A DNA stretch of 53,406 nt, the filler included, from Catajapyx aquilonaris (lineage: Eukaryota): the NCBI GenBank assembly GCA_000934665.2. It is 3 parts of 3 records of this genome, joined end to end, with 100 filler letters (N's around TTAATTAATTAA, not from the genome) between each part and the next. Parts side by side here need not be neighbours in the genome. Positions count along the whole stretch, not along the records: positions 17,777 to 35,556 come from JYFJ02006888.1; positions 35,657 to 53,406 come from JYFJ02006889.1; 1 more part is not named here. One strand, given 5' to 3'. Positions 25,061 to 36,433 of the stretch are shown here, piece by piece. The translations under genes were made by a program, and so were the position numbers. How positions within the stretch are numbered: position 1 is the stretch's first letter; the number at the start of each line of letters is the position of its first letter. Below the pieces are notes generated by a model. The model worked only from the letters and a program-made list of their open reading frames with translations, was not told where the DNA came from and did not search any database.

Positions 25061-25575
25061 CAGTGTTTCTCAACCTTTTTACCCTCGCAGAACTCTCGAA
25101 ATAATATTCATGTCTCAGGGAACCCCCCCCCCCCCTTTTTTTTGCATTACCCCATTGGGATGTACCATATCCTTTAGGGGGGTGGATTACCACCATCGGA
25201 AATTGGAGCCGTATAAGAAGATCTTAATTAATTACTCCAGGGTAGGTAGGAGGGGATGTGCAAAGTGCAAGTGCAATGTCTCTAATCGTCATTTTGTAAG
25301 CTCCCCCGGGTGGCTTAGTCTGTCAGAAATTGCCACCCGAAGTGAAGCCAGAGATAAAGGTGGGAACCCCGGGTGGGGATCGAACCCGGGACCTTAATAT
25401 CCATGGGCGCGTGTGTTACCGCAGCGCCACTTCACCTCCCCAGAACCGCTATATAAAAATTATTTTACATCAATTAGTGACTCAAAAACGCATTTATATC
25501 ACTGATTAGCTTATTCCAAACTATTTCTCGTGGAACCCTGCCGATTCCTCACGGAACCTCGGTTGAGAAACGCTG
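25061..25575. mobile_element. hAT-Charlie-type MITE containing a nested SINE
   Basis: CAGTGTTTCTCAACC / GGTTGAGAAACGCTG; 8-bp TSD CACTACAC. Confidence 0.85.
25140..25441 (-). mobile_element. tRNA-derived SINE family A with a different 3' tail
   Basis: 25248-25441 matches 9271-9484 including the B box; 25140-25247 is unrelated to the tail of the first copy. Confidence 0.75.
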
Positions 25576-26864
25576 CACTACACTTTCCAAAGAAACAAAC
25601 ATGCGCAATTTGATTTCGAAGCACACTGTGCATCGTGGAAATGATTCCTTTCAATTATATCCGCAATATTATCGTTTTTCTACTATTGTTGGTGTGTGCT
25701 CATACATGTAACAAGAATTTCTCAAATGTGTTTTCATATTTTTGTTCTGTACACATCGATCCCTGCAAAAGTTTTTGATTCTGAAGGACTAATGAAGGAG
25801 GCACTAAAGTCTCAACTTTCTAAGGTAATGCAGAAGTCAACTAAATCTGCAGTGGGTGCACAAAATGTCAGTGTGCTACAAAGCAATGCACCTGTAAAAA
25901 TAATGAATTTATTTGTACAGAGTATGACAGCATGTTCGGAAATGCTATGGAATTAGTTATCATTCCTACAAGTGGGAAGTAGACGTCAAGTAATCGAAAA
26001 CAGCATATTTTCCCATCAAGTGGGGTGAGAAATTGTCTGTTATAACCAAGGTGAGGTGAAAAATGAGTCTGCTATATCCTCCTGAGACCTAGTGTCGACA
26101 TCAGCAAAAGATTTTTTTGGCGCCAACTAGTGATGCCAACAAAACTTCACATCTGTTGGTATCCCATGATTACAATCTGGCCTCAATAGGTGTAGCCACC
26201 TAGTGTCGAACATCTGACTTTGGCCGCGAAAATTGAATCGCTTATGAAAATGGCGGATTCCCCTGCTGAAGCTAGGCGCTCATCTGATACGTTTTATTTT
26301 TTTACTCATATTTAGAGTGAGATTTTTGCAATGCAGTGAATGTCCTGGGATTCGCAAGGAATGTGTATTAGGAAATACGAAAAGATGTGTCTGTGACAAT
26401 CTTTGTTGCTGTAGAGAACTGGTAATTTTCTTTTCTTCCTGAGACCAAATGCCCATTTAAATGGATATCCAAAAAATGGCATTTTTAGCTGAATGGGCTG
26501 TGACTTTTCTTCAAGTGCCTTTACCGATACACCCATAAGGAAGTGTGCTATGCACTATACAGTTCAGTTTTAAAATCTAGAATAGCAAGGTACCACTCTA
26601 GCGGGTAAGAAGGGAAGGAGCAAGCCCCATGCCTGGAGTGGTGGCATTCAAAAATAATTTCATTTATCTTTAATTGTCTTCTGAGAGGAATTGCTACCAC
26701 GAATTCCAGAAATGAATTTTAAAAACATTGTTTTGAGGATAGGGCACTGTGTTAGTGATCCATTAAAGGGACACTCCACTCAAAATACAAGTTGAGTTCT
26801 AAAAATCGGGCAAAAAATCCTGATTCCGAGGGTATAAGCAGTTTTTCTGAGAGACGAACGGTAA

Positions 26865-27117
26865 GGCCAGTGTGAAAGCTGGAAGTGTGTCGTCCGAAAA
26901 CCGCGCGCGGGGCGGTGGGCGCAGGTGGCGACGCCACCAGAGTGGAACCGGGCGGAACTGGGCGGAACTAGACCAGGTACAGCTGGCGCGGCACACTTGG
27001 GCGCGGCAGATGTACCTGGTCTAGTTCCGCCTGGTTCCACGGTGGCGTCGCCACCTGCGCCCACCGCCCCGCGTGCGGTTTTCGAACGACACNACACTTC
27101 CAGCTTTCACACTGGCC
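26865..27117. mobile_element. GC-rich palindromic PIF/Harbinger-type MITE
   Basis: TAA|GGCCAGTGTGAAAG...CTTTCACACTGGCC|TTA. Confidence 0.75.
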
Positions 27118-27145
27118 TTACCAGGGCCTTACCGTTCGTCTCTAA

Positions 27146-28258
27146 CAAGCAAAGTAACTTTTCTTACCCTCGTGGATTTTGATAATTTTTATAAATTAAA
27201 TTCTGCTTGGCCTGTAGTGTTGGGAAAACATCACCTCCGCTGCTAAATTCCACGTTAGCAGGGTGAAAATCCAGCCTAAAGGCGATGTTCCGTAAGCCAC
27301 AACACCAGCGTTCGGTCGCGAGGCGCTTTCCAGGCTGCCCGGTCACGCTCGTCCCGGCTGCCCGGTCGCGGTCGGCTTTCACCGCGTCTGTAGCTCTCTC
27401 CGGTGCCACGAAGGAGAAGGGTCATCTGGCACGCTTTGAAGTAGAAGGCGATTATAATAATGGAGAGCCAGGACAGGGAGCATAATACTACATAAGAGGC
27501 GCAAACATTCGATTCGCCTGTCTCTGTTTGATGGGGCCAACCATGGGGCCAACATTGGGCCAACGGTGGCGGCCATTTTGAAGAGATGCCAACGAGGTGT
27601 ATAAATAGGGTACAGGCAGGCCAAAGCTTCGCCATCTTTGATTGTTTTGGCGGCGGCCATGGCACTTCTCGGCAAGAACACGGGCGAATTTGAATATTTT
27701 TGCCGTACTTACGGAATTAATACGTAGAAAAGTGCATTAAAGGAGCTCATACGGCAAAAAGATTCAAATTCAGCCGCCAAAACCATCAAAGATGGCAGAC
27801 CTTTAGCCTGCCTGTACCCTATATTTACACCTCGTTGGCCTCTCTTCAAAATGGCCGCCACCGTTGGCCACATCAAACAGAGACAGGCGAATCGAATGTT
27901 TGCGCCTCTTATGTAGTATTGTGCCCCCTGTCCTGGCTCACTATTATTATAATCGCCTTCGACTGCAAAGCGTGCGAGATGACCCTTCTCCTTCGTGGCA
28001 CCGGAGAGAGCTACAGACGCGGTGAAAGCCGACCGCGACCGGGCAGCCGGGACGTGCGTGACCGGGCAGCCTGGAAAGCGCCTCGCGACCGAACGCTGGT
28101 GTTGTGGCTTACGGAACATCGCCTTTAGGCTGAATTTTCACCCTGCTAACGTGGAATTTAGCAGCTGAGGTGATGTTTTCTCAACACTACAGGCCAAGCA
28201 GAATTTAATTTATAAAAATTATCAAAATCCACGAGGGTAAGAAAAGTTACTTTGCTTG
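27146..28258. mobile_element. Fold-back element with ~500-bp arms and TAA TSD
   Basis: TAA|CAAGCAAAGTAAC...GTTACTTTGCTTG|TAA; the empty site is visible in the other TIR of the host element. A shorter relative lies at 50610-51088. Confidence 0.9.
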
Positions 28259-28553
28259 TAAGAAAAACTGATTATACCCTCGAAATCAGGATTTTTTGCC
28301 CGATTTTTAGAACTCAACTTGTATTTTGAGTGGAGTGTCCCTTTTGGAATTTAAAATAATTTTCAGCTTTCATCCATTCTGCTTTTGTAGCAGCAATTGG
28401 GTCCTATGTTCTCATTGGTTGCTTGTCACCATTTTTGTCTATATTTTAAAACAATTTTTTTTTTCTGGTTTTTTTATTGGGAAAATGTTCAGAAAATGCA
28501 ATAGGAACTGACATTGCGCTAAAAATTCTTCTCGGGTCTCAGGAGGATATATA

Positions 28554-28918
28554 CAGGGTGATCAAACTTTTTTGTCGTTTTAGTTATTGACAAATTCAGC
28601 CTAAGCTGCTTATATTGTAGCCCGTTACCTGGCAACCCCGTCCGGCGGGCCAATTCGAACATCAGCCCATGGAGAGCTCTTCCATTGTTGCCACTGTTTA
28701 CAAATCGAGTGAGTGAGTGCGCAGGCAGAAAAGACCCGTCGCTGGGTCGTCTGCGTCACTCACTCGATTTGTAAACAGTGGCAACAATGGAAGCGCTCTC
28801 CATGGGCTGATGTTCGAATTGGCCCGCCGGACGGGGTTGCCAGGGAACGGGCTACAATATAAGCAGCTTAGGCTAAATTTGTCAATAACTAAAACGACAA
28901 AAAAGTTTGATCACCCTG
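28554..28918. mobile_element. Near-perfect palindromic Tc1/mariner-type MITE
   Basis: TA|CAGGGTGATCAAAC...GTTTGATCACCCTG|TA; ~165-bp arms with very few mismatches. Confidence 0.92.
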
Positions 28919-29659
28919 TATAATTATCTCAAGTGAATATGCACAGGACCTTTTGGAAGTATGCTGCGACTGGCCATACTGCCATATATGGCCTGTGTAT
29001 GTTCCTACAACAGATCTCGGTTGTAACAGACTGAATTCCGCAGAACATTGAAGTCTGTTATATCCGGAGTCGACTGTAATTGGATATCTATGTAAACATG
29101 TAATGTTATTAATACATGAAATGCAGTTATTTACATATACTTCTTTACGTACAGGCCTAAAGAACTCTCGTTTTATCCCAATTCCCCATGAAATACTCAG
29201 GTTGTAATGTAAAGTGCCATGAGACGTCCAGTGCGATACGTGTGAATATATAAAATATTGTCAAGATTCAAGACTATGTGCTCTACAGAGAAAAGGAAAG
29301 TTTCGTCGTGAAGTCCAATTTATGCTCCTTCACATATGTCCAGTTCAATTTTCATGAAAACCTGTCATTTCCGTGATATAAAATGTTTTTGTCTAACATT
29401 CCCGATTTGGCCGCTGTTTTTTCAAGATGGAGGCTTTTGGCGCGACCAGACAGTGGTAGACTTTGTTCCATTGTTTTTAGTGCCCTTTTTTACTATAGAA
29501 TCAGTTGGCACCAATTTTTTTGCAGTTAGTTCTAGCTTGAGGCCTAAAATGACATAATTTCACTTGACTAATGGTGGCTGCAGCAGGGCTGGAATTTCAG
29601 ACAACTGTCAGAATCTAGTTATTGTTGTTTCATGACTAATTGTGTGCCTTATATTCTAG

Positions 29660-30200
29660 GGTTCCAAGTATTACCAAAACAAGCAGAGGAACCAGGAGCG
29701 TCTAAACCAGAGAGCAGAAAAAATCAAGCTGAGTTTGAAGTCACTTGCTGCGGAACAGATAAGGAAAGCACAAAAAAAGGTCACTGTCATTGAAATGGGG
29801 GAAAATGACAATTACTTGAACTTCGTTTCAAATTATACAGATGGACCAGATTGCAGAGGAAATGGAAGCAAGACGAGATTTAAGCCGAACCATTGTTCAT
29901 ATTGATATGGATGCCTTTTATGCAGCAGTGGAAATGAGAGACAATCCACAACTAAGGTGAATATTCCATTTGTTAAGTGTTAGAATAATGAGGAGAGAGG
30001 AGGATGCAAAAAAAAGCATGGTTCAAAACATGGTTCACACTGAGATACTCTAAATGCTTGCCATTCACAATTAGATGAAAAATCGTGGTTTGTGGATACA
30101 CACAGTTGTGCAACACAAATTTGGCAATAATACTAACATTTTGCAGGTAAATCCTGTTTGCTGTGGAGCACAGAACACCAAAAACATCATTGGCATCAGA

Positions 30201-30255
<55 letters not shown>

Positions 30256-33200
30256 TCTGCACAAGATAGCAGTCTGACTATAAATTAACAGGTGTGCTGG
30301 AAAAATGTCTGGGCCATATGTTAAGATGTCGTGACATGTTTTATCAAAGAATCTTTGCATGACAAAAAGATGTAGGCCTACTTCCTGCACTGCCACAAAA
30401 ATTAAAATAAAAAGTTACTTCAAGTGAAAGTGAGCCAGTTAACAGTACACAGCAGCCCCCTGAAACATCCAGCCTAGCCCTGTGTTGAAGGTTGTGTAAT
30501 ATAAAAGGCTCCGCCAGGCGGGGGATGTGGCACTGGTGCGCCTCCACAGCCAGCTACTGGGGGGTCAGTTCGGATTGGCCGCCTTCGGAACCAACCCAAA
30601 CCGTCCTTTCCTCAGAGGCTGTTTCCATGCGAACTCCTTCCGATGAAAGGACGGTTTTGGTTGGTTCCGAGGGCGGCCAATCTGAACCGACCCGCCAGTA
30701 GCCAGCTGTGGAGGTGCACCAGCGCCACATCCCCGCCTCACGGAGCCTTTTATATTAAACAACAGTATCGTATTTGTGTCACGGGATTGGTACACAGACA
30801 TGGTTGCGGATAAGTTCAGTAACAAAATATATGCTAAATATCTCAACAAGTCTAATTGGTCCAGTGTCAAAATCAGAAAAGTCTATTGTTTATCCGCACC
30901 TAGCGACGCGGCAGGGTTGGGAGGGTGGGGTGGGCTCCAAACATGTTGGCTACAGGTTGGAAACAATCGGTTGCCGGGAGAGAACAACAAAGGGCGTCTT
31001 CTTACCCGTGCCACACGATCAGACGAGTGCTATAGGCCCACGGTAATGAAAGAGGTGTCAAATATGAAAGCCATGCGGGTTGCTGCAGTCCGTTAACCCA
31101 AAGAACGACATGATGTCACACCAGCCGTGTTTTCTGAGCATGTGTATCTGAGTATGTCTGCAGAGTGAGTCTGGACATGATTGAAGGGGAGAGCATACGC
31201 CCGAACCGGTGAACCGCCCGAAAGTAGTGCCCAACATGCCAGGCCCTACCGCTCTTCACAACAAAATGTACCGTTTGTGTAGTGCTGCTGCCCATGATAA
31301 TTAGCATTAGAATTACATGTACCAGCACTGTTTCTTCGAGAAAGCCATAGATACCGGGGACTACTTTTGCGGCTCGGCGGCTCACTGACCCCTTGGGCGT
31401 ATGGCTATCCAAAAAGGTTCACTCTTATGTGAATCGGAGTGTAATGGGGTGCTACAACAACAACAACAACAACAACTGGGTTTGTGTCTACACGCTGGAT
31501 TCTGTTTAAACTCCCCTTCCGTGCTTGCTCATTTCACGAGAGCTTTCCAACTCTCAGTTACTAGCCAAACCCCAAACCCCACTCCCCATTAGAATTGCGC
31601 CATTTCCACTTGTCGAGTCCCCCCCATTGCCCCGAATCGGTCTGAACTGCTGCATGAGTATTTAGGGGTGGTGGTAATAAATGCTAGTCAGCAAGTCTCT
31701 AAGGTGGAGAGAGCAACATTTGAAAGGTGCCAGTGACATAAAATCTCAGGGCGAGCAGCAATTGATTTATGGGCTAGACACTGCGACTGTGCACCTCTTC
31801 TAACTGAAATGTTTACACAGTACAGTTGAATCCAGATATAACAGCCTCGAAAGGTCGGTCCTGACAAACTTCCACGAGGCTTTGTGTATTTTTACTCCTG
31901 ATAAAACAGACTCATTTTCACCTCACCTCAGCTATAACAGACCATTTCTTTGCCCCTCGGTGGGAAAATATGCAGCTTTTGATTACTCAGCTTTCTTTCC
32001 CAAGCGAAGAAAGCACTGCATACTGGAGGGAGGTGATTTTCCCACCTGTCGCTGGTCTAACACTTGCCGAAAAGGTGAAAATCATTATTTTTTGGAATGT
32101 TTGGCAAGAAGGAGAAGGCAGGAGAAAATTGCTGATTTTTTTGGTCCTGCCTAATTTAGAAGTGAGCTAATTTTCTATTTTTCTGGATCGCTCCATTAAT
32201 CAGTATGCAGATGTGTGCATTATAGGCAAATGGAAAGCAGAAAGAGAATTCATTGCAAAAGTGGTGATTTGGCTATAACAGACTTTTTCTGGTGTCCCCT
32301 GAAGTCTGTTATATCCGGATCAGCTGTATATGAAACTTGGCGTGAAATAAATTTTGTATTTAATGCAAGAATAATGCACTGGCTTCTTATGCTGTAATGA
32401 TACTTATATGGCCATGAACAAAAATATGTCTTGTTTACTAGACCAAACATCTGATACACATGACATAACATTGCCACAGTACCTTGACTGATGGAGAATT
32501 GCTCTGACAGTAGTTGAGAGTGAGGAACTTTTCCTTAGTGCATAGTAGTCATGCACAAATGCTGTTATGGCCTCAAAAAGATTGTTTTCAGATAAGACTG
32601 CCAACATCCTTGAGTAAAGGTCACCTTTGTAATGACTATCAATGTACTCTCTTTTTTGCAGAAATGTGCCAATGGCAGTGGGAGGAAATGCAATGCTAAG
32701 TACCTCAAACTACATTGCTCGCAAATATGGAGTGAGGGCTGCTATGCCTGGATTTATAGCCAAGAAACTCTGCCCAGAGCTGAAAATAGTGCATCCAAAT
32801 ATGAAGAAGTATTGCCAAGTTAGCTCTCAGATCCGGGAGATATTCCAAGAGTATGACCCAAACTTCTGCCCTATGTCATTGGATGAAGCTTATTTGGACC
32901 TTACAGAGTATTTGTGCCAATCAGGAATAACAAGTGATAGGGATAATGTTGAGCATGTGGTCCAAGAAATACGGGAAAAGATCACTGAACGTACCAGCTT
33001 AACAGCAAGTGCAGGAATTGCCGCAAATTCTCGCCTGGCAAAGCTGTGTTCTGACCTGAACAAGCCTAATGGACAGTACTACCTACCACAGAATCGAGAT
33101 GTTATTCTAAATTTTGTGAGGCAGATGGAAGTCAGGAAAGTCAATGGCATAGGTGCAGCCACGCAGATGCTTTTGGATGCAGTTGGTGTGAAGAACTGTG

Positions 33201-33356
33201 ATGATCTGTGGCACATGAGGGGCGAGCTTAGTTTGCTCTTTCTGGAGACAAGCTGGAGGTTCTTCCTCAAGGTTGCCTTGGGTTTGGGAAGTACTGACAT
33301 CAAGGCTTGGAATGAGGGAGAGAGAAAGTCCATTGGATGTGAAAGGACTTTTGCAG
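29660..33356 (+). CDS. POLK: DNA polymerase kappa (Y-family, DinB), partial; exons 29660-29779, 29841-29956, 32662-33356
   Basis: N-clasp [18 protein letters not shown]..., palm [76 protein letters not shown]; splice phases 0 and 2 are compatible. The first and later exons were not found. Confidence 0.93.
30201..30253. repeat. (AAT)n microsatellite in a POLK intron
   Basis: Directly visible. Confidence 0.95.
30497..30757. mobile_element. Palindromic MITE core related to the CAGCCCCCTG family
   Basis: TAATATAAAAGGCTCCG...CGGAGCCTTTTATATTA arms; shared AACCAACCCAAACCGTCC; CAGCCCCCTG at ~30453. Confidence 0.7.
31823..32326. mobile_element. pogo/Tigger-type MITE
   Basis: TA|CAGTTGAATCCAGATATAACAG...CTGTTATATCCGGATCAGCTG|TA. 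Confidence 0.85.
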
Positions 33357-33856
33357 GTTGGTCAATATTAGGTGTCAATACCATGTATTGTATATCGTAT
33401 ACCTTTTCGTATGTATATCGCTCAAAAAGATAGAGACGATTGGCATTTGATTCAAGTGCAAGTTGCACTTGAGTCAAATGCAAAATCGTCTCTATCTTTT
33501 TGGGCGATATAGTACATCCTGGCCTGATACCTAACCCTTACACTCTGCTTATATAAAATTGTGCATGTGCAAAAATTGAAATTATTTTCTAATGAGGGTG
33601 GGCCTAACATTAGTGAAGAACTAAGGCATTTTCCTTTACAACCAAATTGGACCATTGTATTACAGTGTGGATACCTTGACCTTGTACCTGCTTGACCTTC
33701 AGCCTCAATTTTCTATTTTCAACACTTAGTATTACTTGCTGATAGATGGCCACTATAAAAGCAGAAAAATACTAGAGTCAGCTTTTTTGGAACTGGAAGT
33801 GCACCTGATACCAGCCTGAATTATATTACAAAACATTTGTGTGGGGGCAACATTTA

Positions 33857-34887
33857 CGAGGCTGATTTCAAAAGTTTTGCCTCCTAGGTGATAATTTCAA
33901 TTATACGCAAGATACTCACATAAACTGTATTGTATGTCTGGTGAAAGCTTGGAATGTCCTCTGCTGGGGCGTTTCATTACTTTTCCACATAGTCACCATC
34001 CCTGTCACATACACTCGCCAATGCCGGACCAGTTGTTGCATCCCGTCGGAGAAGAAGTCAGACATCTTCTCCTGGCACCAGCGGTTCACATCTGGTTGCA
34101 CCTTTGTATTACTTGTGTAATGCTGTACCTTCAGGTATTCTTTCACTTTTCTGTAAAGGAAAAAGTCACAAAATGAGAGAGATCCAGATTTATGAAATTT
34201 GAGATGCTGCAATGCATCCTGTTTGTCGACTCCTGCGTGGACGAGCATTGTCATGGTGTAGGATTGATGTGCAGCCTTGATCTCTCACCTTATGACTATT
34301 TCCTTTTCATGAAGCTGGAACAACACCTGAATGTACACCATTGCACCAGTTATGCAGAGGTGCAACCAGATGTGCATCACTGGTGCTGGGAGAAGACCCA
34401 GTCTGATTTCTTCTCCAAGAGGATGCAACACCTGTCCCGAAGTTGGTGTGTGCGGCTATGGATGGTGACTTTGTGGAAAAGTAATGAAAGTCTTTGGGAG
34501 AGGACATTCCAAGCTTTTTTAATAATAATGGATACCCCGTGATAGGCCCCTTGGGCCTCTTAGGGGATCATCTTTTCATGAACCGTCTTTAATCATTGCC
34601 TGCGTGTGATGGATTTTGATTGCGGGAGGAAACGGGAGAACCCCGAGAAAACCCATGCGAACATGGAGAGAACCCATTGAAACTCTATCCACATAAGCAT
34701 CCTTTGCGCGACCCGGGGATCGAACTCGGGACCTTAGAGGTGGAAGGCTGTGGCGCTAACCACTCCGCCACCGTGTTGCCCTTGGACATTCCAAGCTTTC
34801 TTCTTATATACAGTTTATGTGAGTATCTTGCGTATCTTTGAAATTATCGCCTAGGTCTAGGAGGCAAAACTTTTCAAACCGACCTCG
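33857..34887. mobile_element. mariner-derived palindromic MITE built from two transposase 3' ends
   Basis: TA|CGAGG...CCTCG|TA; both arms encode a degenerate mariner C-terminus (SLDLSPYDYFLF..L...L....EVQ..V..W....DFF). Confidence 0.85.
34518..34783 (-). mobile_element. tRNA-derived SINE family B (V/Meta-type core)
   Basis: A and B boxes, core TGGGTTTTCTCGGGGTTCTCCCGTTTCCTCCC, (TTA) tail, 16-bp TSD GGACATTCCAAGCTTT. Confidence 0.9.
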
Positions 34888-35039
34888 TACGTACATTAAA
34901 TTTAACAACTGTTAAAATTATAGTGGCCTATAGTATGGTGCCCAGAGTAAGTTTTGCAGATAGTAATTGCACTTTAATGGTTGATTCACAGAGTGATTCA
35001 CGAATTTTGTAATTCTCTCATTTAGTTGGCTTTGGTCGA

Positions 35040-35285
35040 GGGCGACAATGGCAGAGTGGTTAGCGCCACAGCCTTCCACCTCTAAGGTCCTGAGTTCGAT
35101 CCCCGGGTCGCGCAGAGGATACTAACGTGGATAAAGTTTCGATGGGTTCTCCGTGTTCGCGTGGGTTTTCTCGGGGTTCTCCAGTTTCCTCCCGCTATCA
35201 AAATCCATCACACGCAGGCAATGATTAAAGTCGGTTCACTAAAAGAAGATCCCGTAAGAGGCCCAAGGCCTATCAAGGGGTATCC

Positions 35286-35352
<67 letters not shown>
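35040..35352 (+). mobile_element. tRNA-derived SINE family B
   Basis: TGGCAGAGTGG A box, GAGTTCGATCCC B box, same core, long (TTA)n tail. Confidence 0.9.
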
Positions 35353-35353
<1 letters not shown>

Positions 35354-35519
35354 AGTGGTGCATCAATTATCCGAACACCGATTAACTGAACGTTTTCGGG
35401 TCGGCAAAAAACAACAACAACAACAACAAAACACACACACACACACACACACACACTCCTGTCTTGACTAAGGCGTGGGGACGGACATTGATCACTTTTC
35501 ACTGCGAGTGTAAACTGAT

Positions 35520-35556
35520 CTAACCTAACCTAACCTAACCTAACCTACCCTACCCT
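35520..35556. repeat. (TAACC)n tract, complement of the arthropod TTAGG repeat
   Basis: Five perfect units then degenerate units at the contig end. Confidence 0.8.
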
Positions 35557-35656
35557 NNNNNNNNNNNNNNNNNNNNNNNNNNNNNNNNNNNNNNNNNNNN
35601 TTAATTAATTAANNNNNNNNNNNNNNNNNNNNNNNNNNNNNNNNNNNNNNNNNNNN
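35557..35656. other. Artificial contig linker
   Basis: 44 N + TTAATTAATTAA + 44 N. Confidence 0.97.
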
Positions 35657-36037
35657 GATGGCGCACAGTTGTTGCCAGGTTATGGTGTATCGCGTCGTTG
35701 TAAGCAAACAGCAACGCGATACGCCATAACCTGGCAACAACAGAACCGCTGTTGGCTATCCGCGCGTCTCCTAGGAGGCGGACTTTAGTTGCTAGATGGC
35801 TCTGCTGTTGCCACGTTATGGCACATCGCATTGTTGGTTACTACCCGAGCGCCATCTATCAACAAAACAGTCCGCTCGCCTAGTGCCTCCCACGTGACAA
35901 GCCTGAGCGCACCCGTTCCTTGTCTATGAACCCCCTCTAGATGGCGTTTCCGGACACGGGTTCCTATGTCAAAAATACTTGTCTTGGTCCCCTCTATTAC
36001 CCCTGAAAGTCTTTGCAGAGTTACAATAAACACCCTG
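35657..36037. mobile_element. Right part of a CAGGGTG-type Tc1/mariner MITE with an internal hairpin
   Basis: Ends CACCCTG|TA; hairpin at 35668-35741. Confidence 0.5.
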
Positions 36038-36397
36038 TATAGTCAACATGCTCCCTCTTTCGTGGGCAAGGTCGTGGGCATCCGTGCATTATTTCTGATA
36101 ATCGCAGTGAAATAAAGGTTGATTTTAAAACTTTGATATTTGTAGATTACTGTATAGAAATCTTTTCGACTAGACGTACTATATCCTGGCACGATACAAC
36201 CACTAGACATTGGTCAATATTAAGTTTATGGGGAAAACCCATGTACCCATGCACCCATGCACATGATAGCATGACCACTATTCTTCTTTGAAAAGTGCGG
36301 ATATTATTACAGTTTACTCCGAATATAACTGCCTCGGCTATAACAGACTGATTTATGAGGTTCCTTAAAATCTGTTAGGCCAGGAGTCTACTGATGT

Positions 36398-36433
<36 letters not shown>

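Larger units (their letters stand above)
26767..28342. mobile_element. Kolobok-like (TTAA|AGGG) MITE with nested palindromes
   Basis: TTAA|AGGGACACTCCACTCAAAATACAAG... and ...CTTGTATTTTGAGTGGAGTGTCCCT; ~100-bp TIRs; right TSD degenerate. Confidence 0.75.
26078..28546. mobile_element. TIR element with ATAT target duplication, containing nested insertions
   Basis: ATAT|CCTCCTGAGACC...GGTCTCAGGAGG|ATAT. Confidence 0.75.
22243..29535. repeat. Large degenerate inverted duplication (fold-back) interrupted by nested elements
   Basis: Inverted pairs: 22243-22388/29391-29535, 22702-22970/29127-29398, 23794-23975/28933-29112, 23976-24078/25976-26077. Confidence 0.85.

Noticed and set aside
27164..28128. 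Paired ORFs on both strands
   Set aside because: Mirror products of a GC-rich palindrome; stops differ between the arms.
35520..35556. True telomere
   Set aside because: Short, degenerate, and in the wrong orientation for a right-hand chromosome end; probably interstitial or TE-associated.
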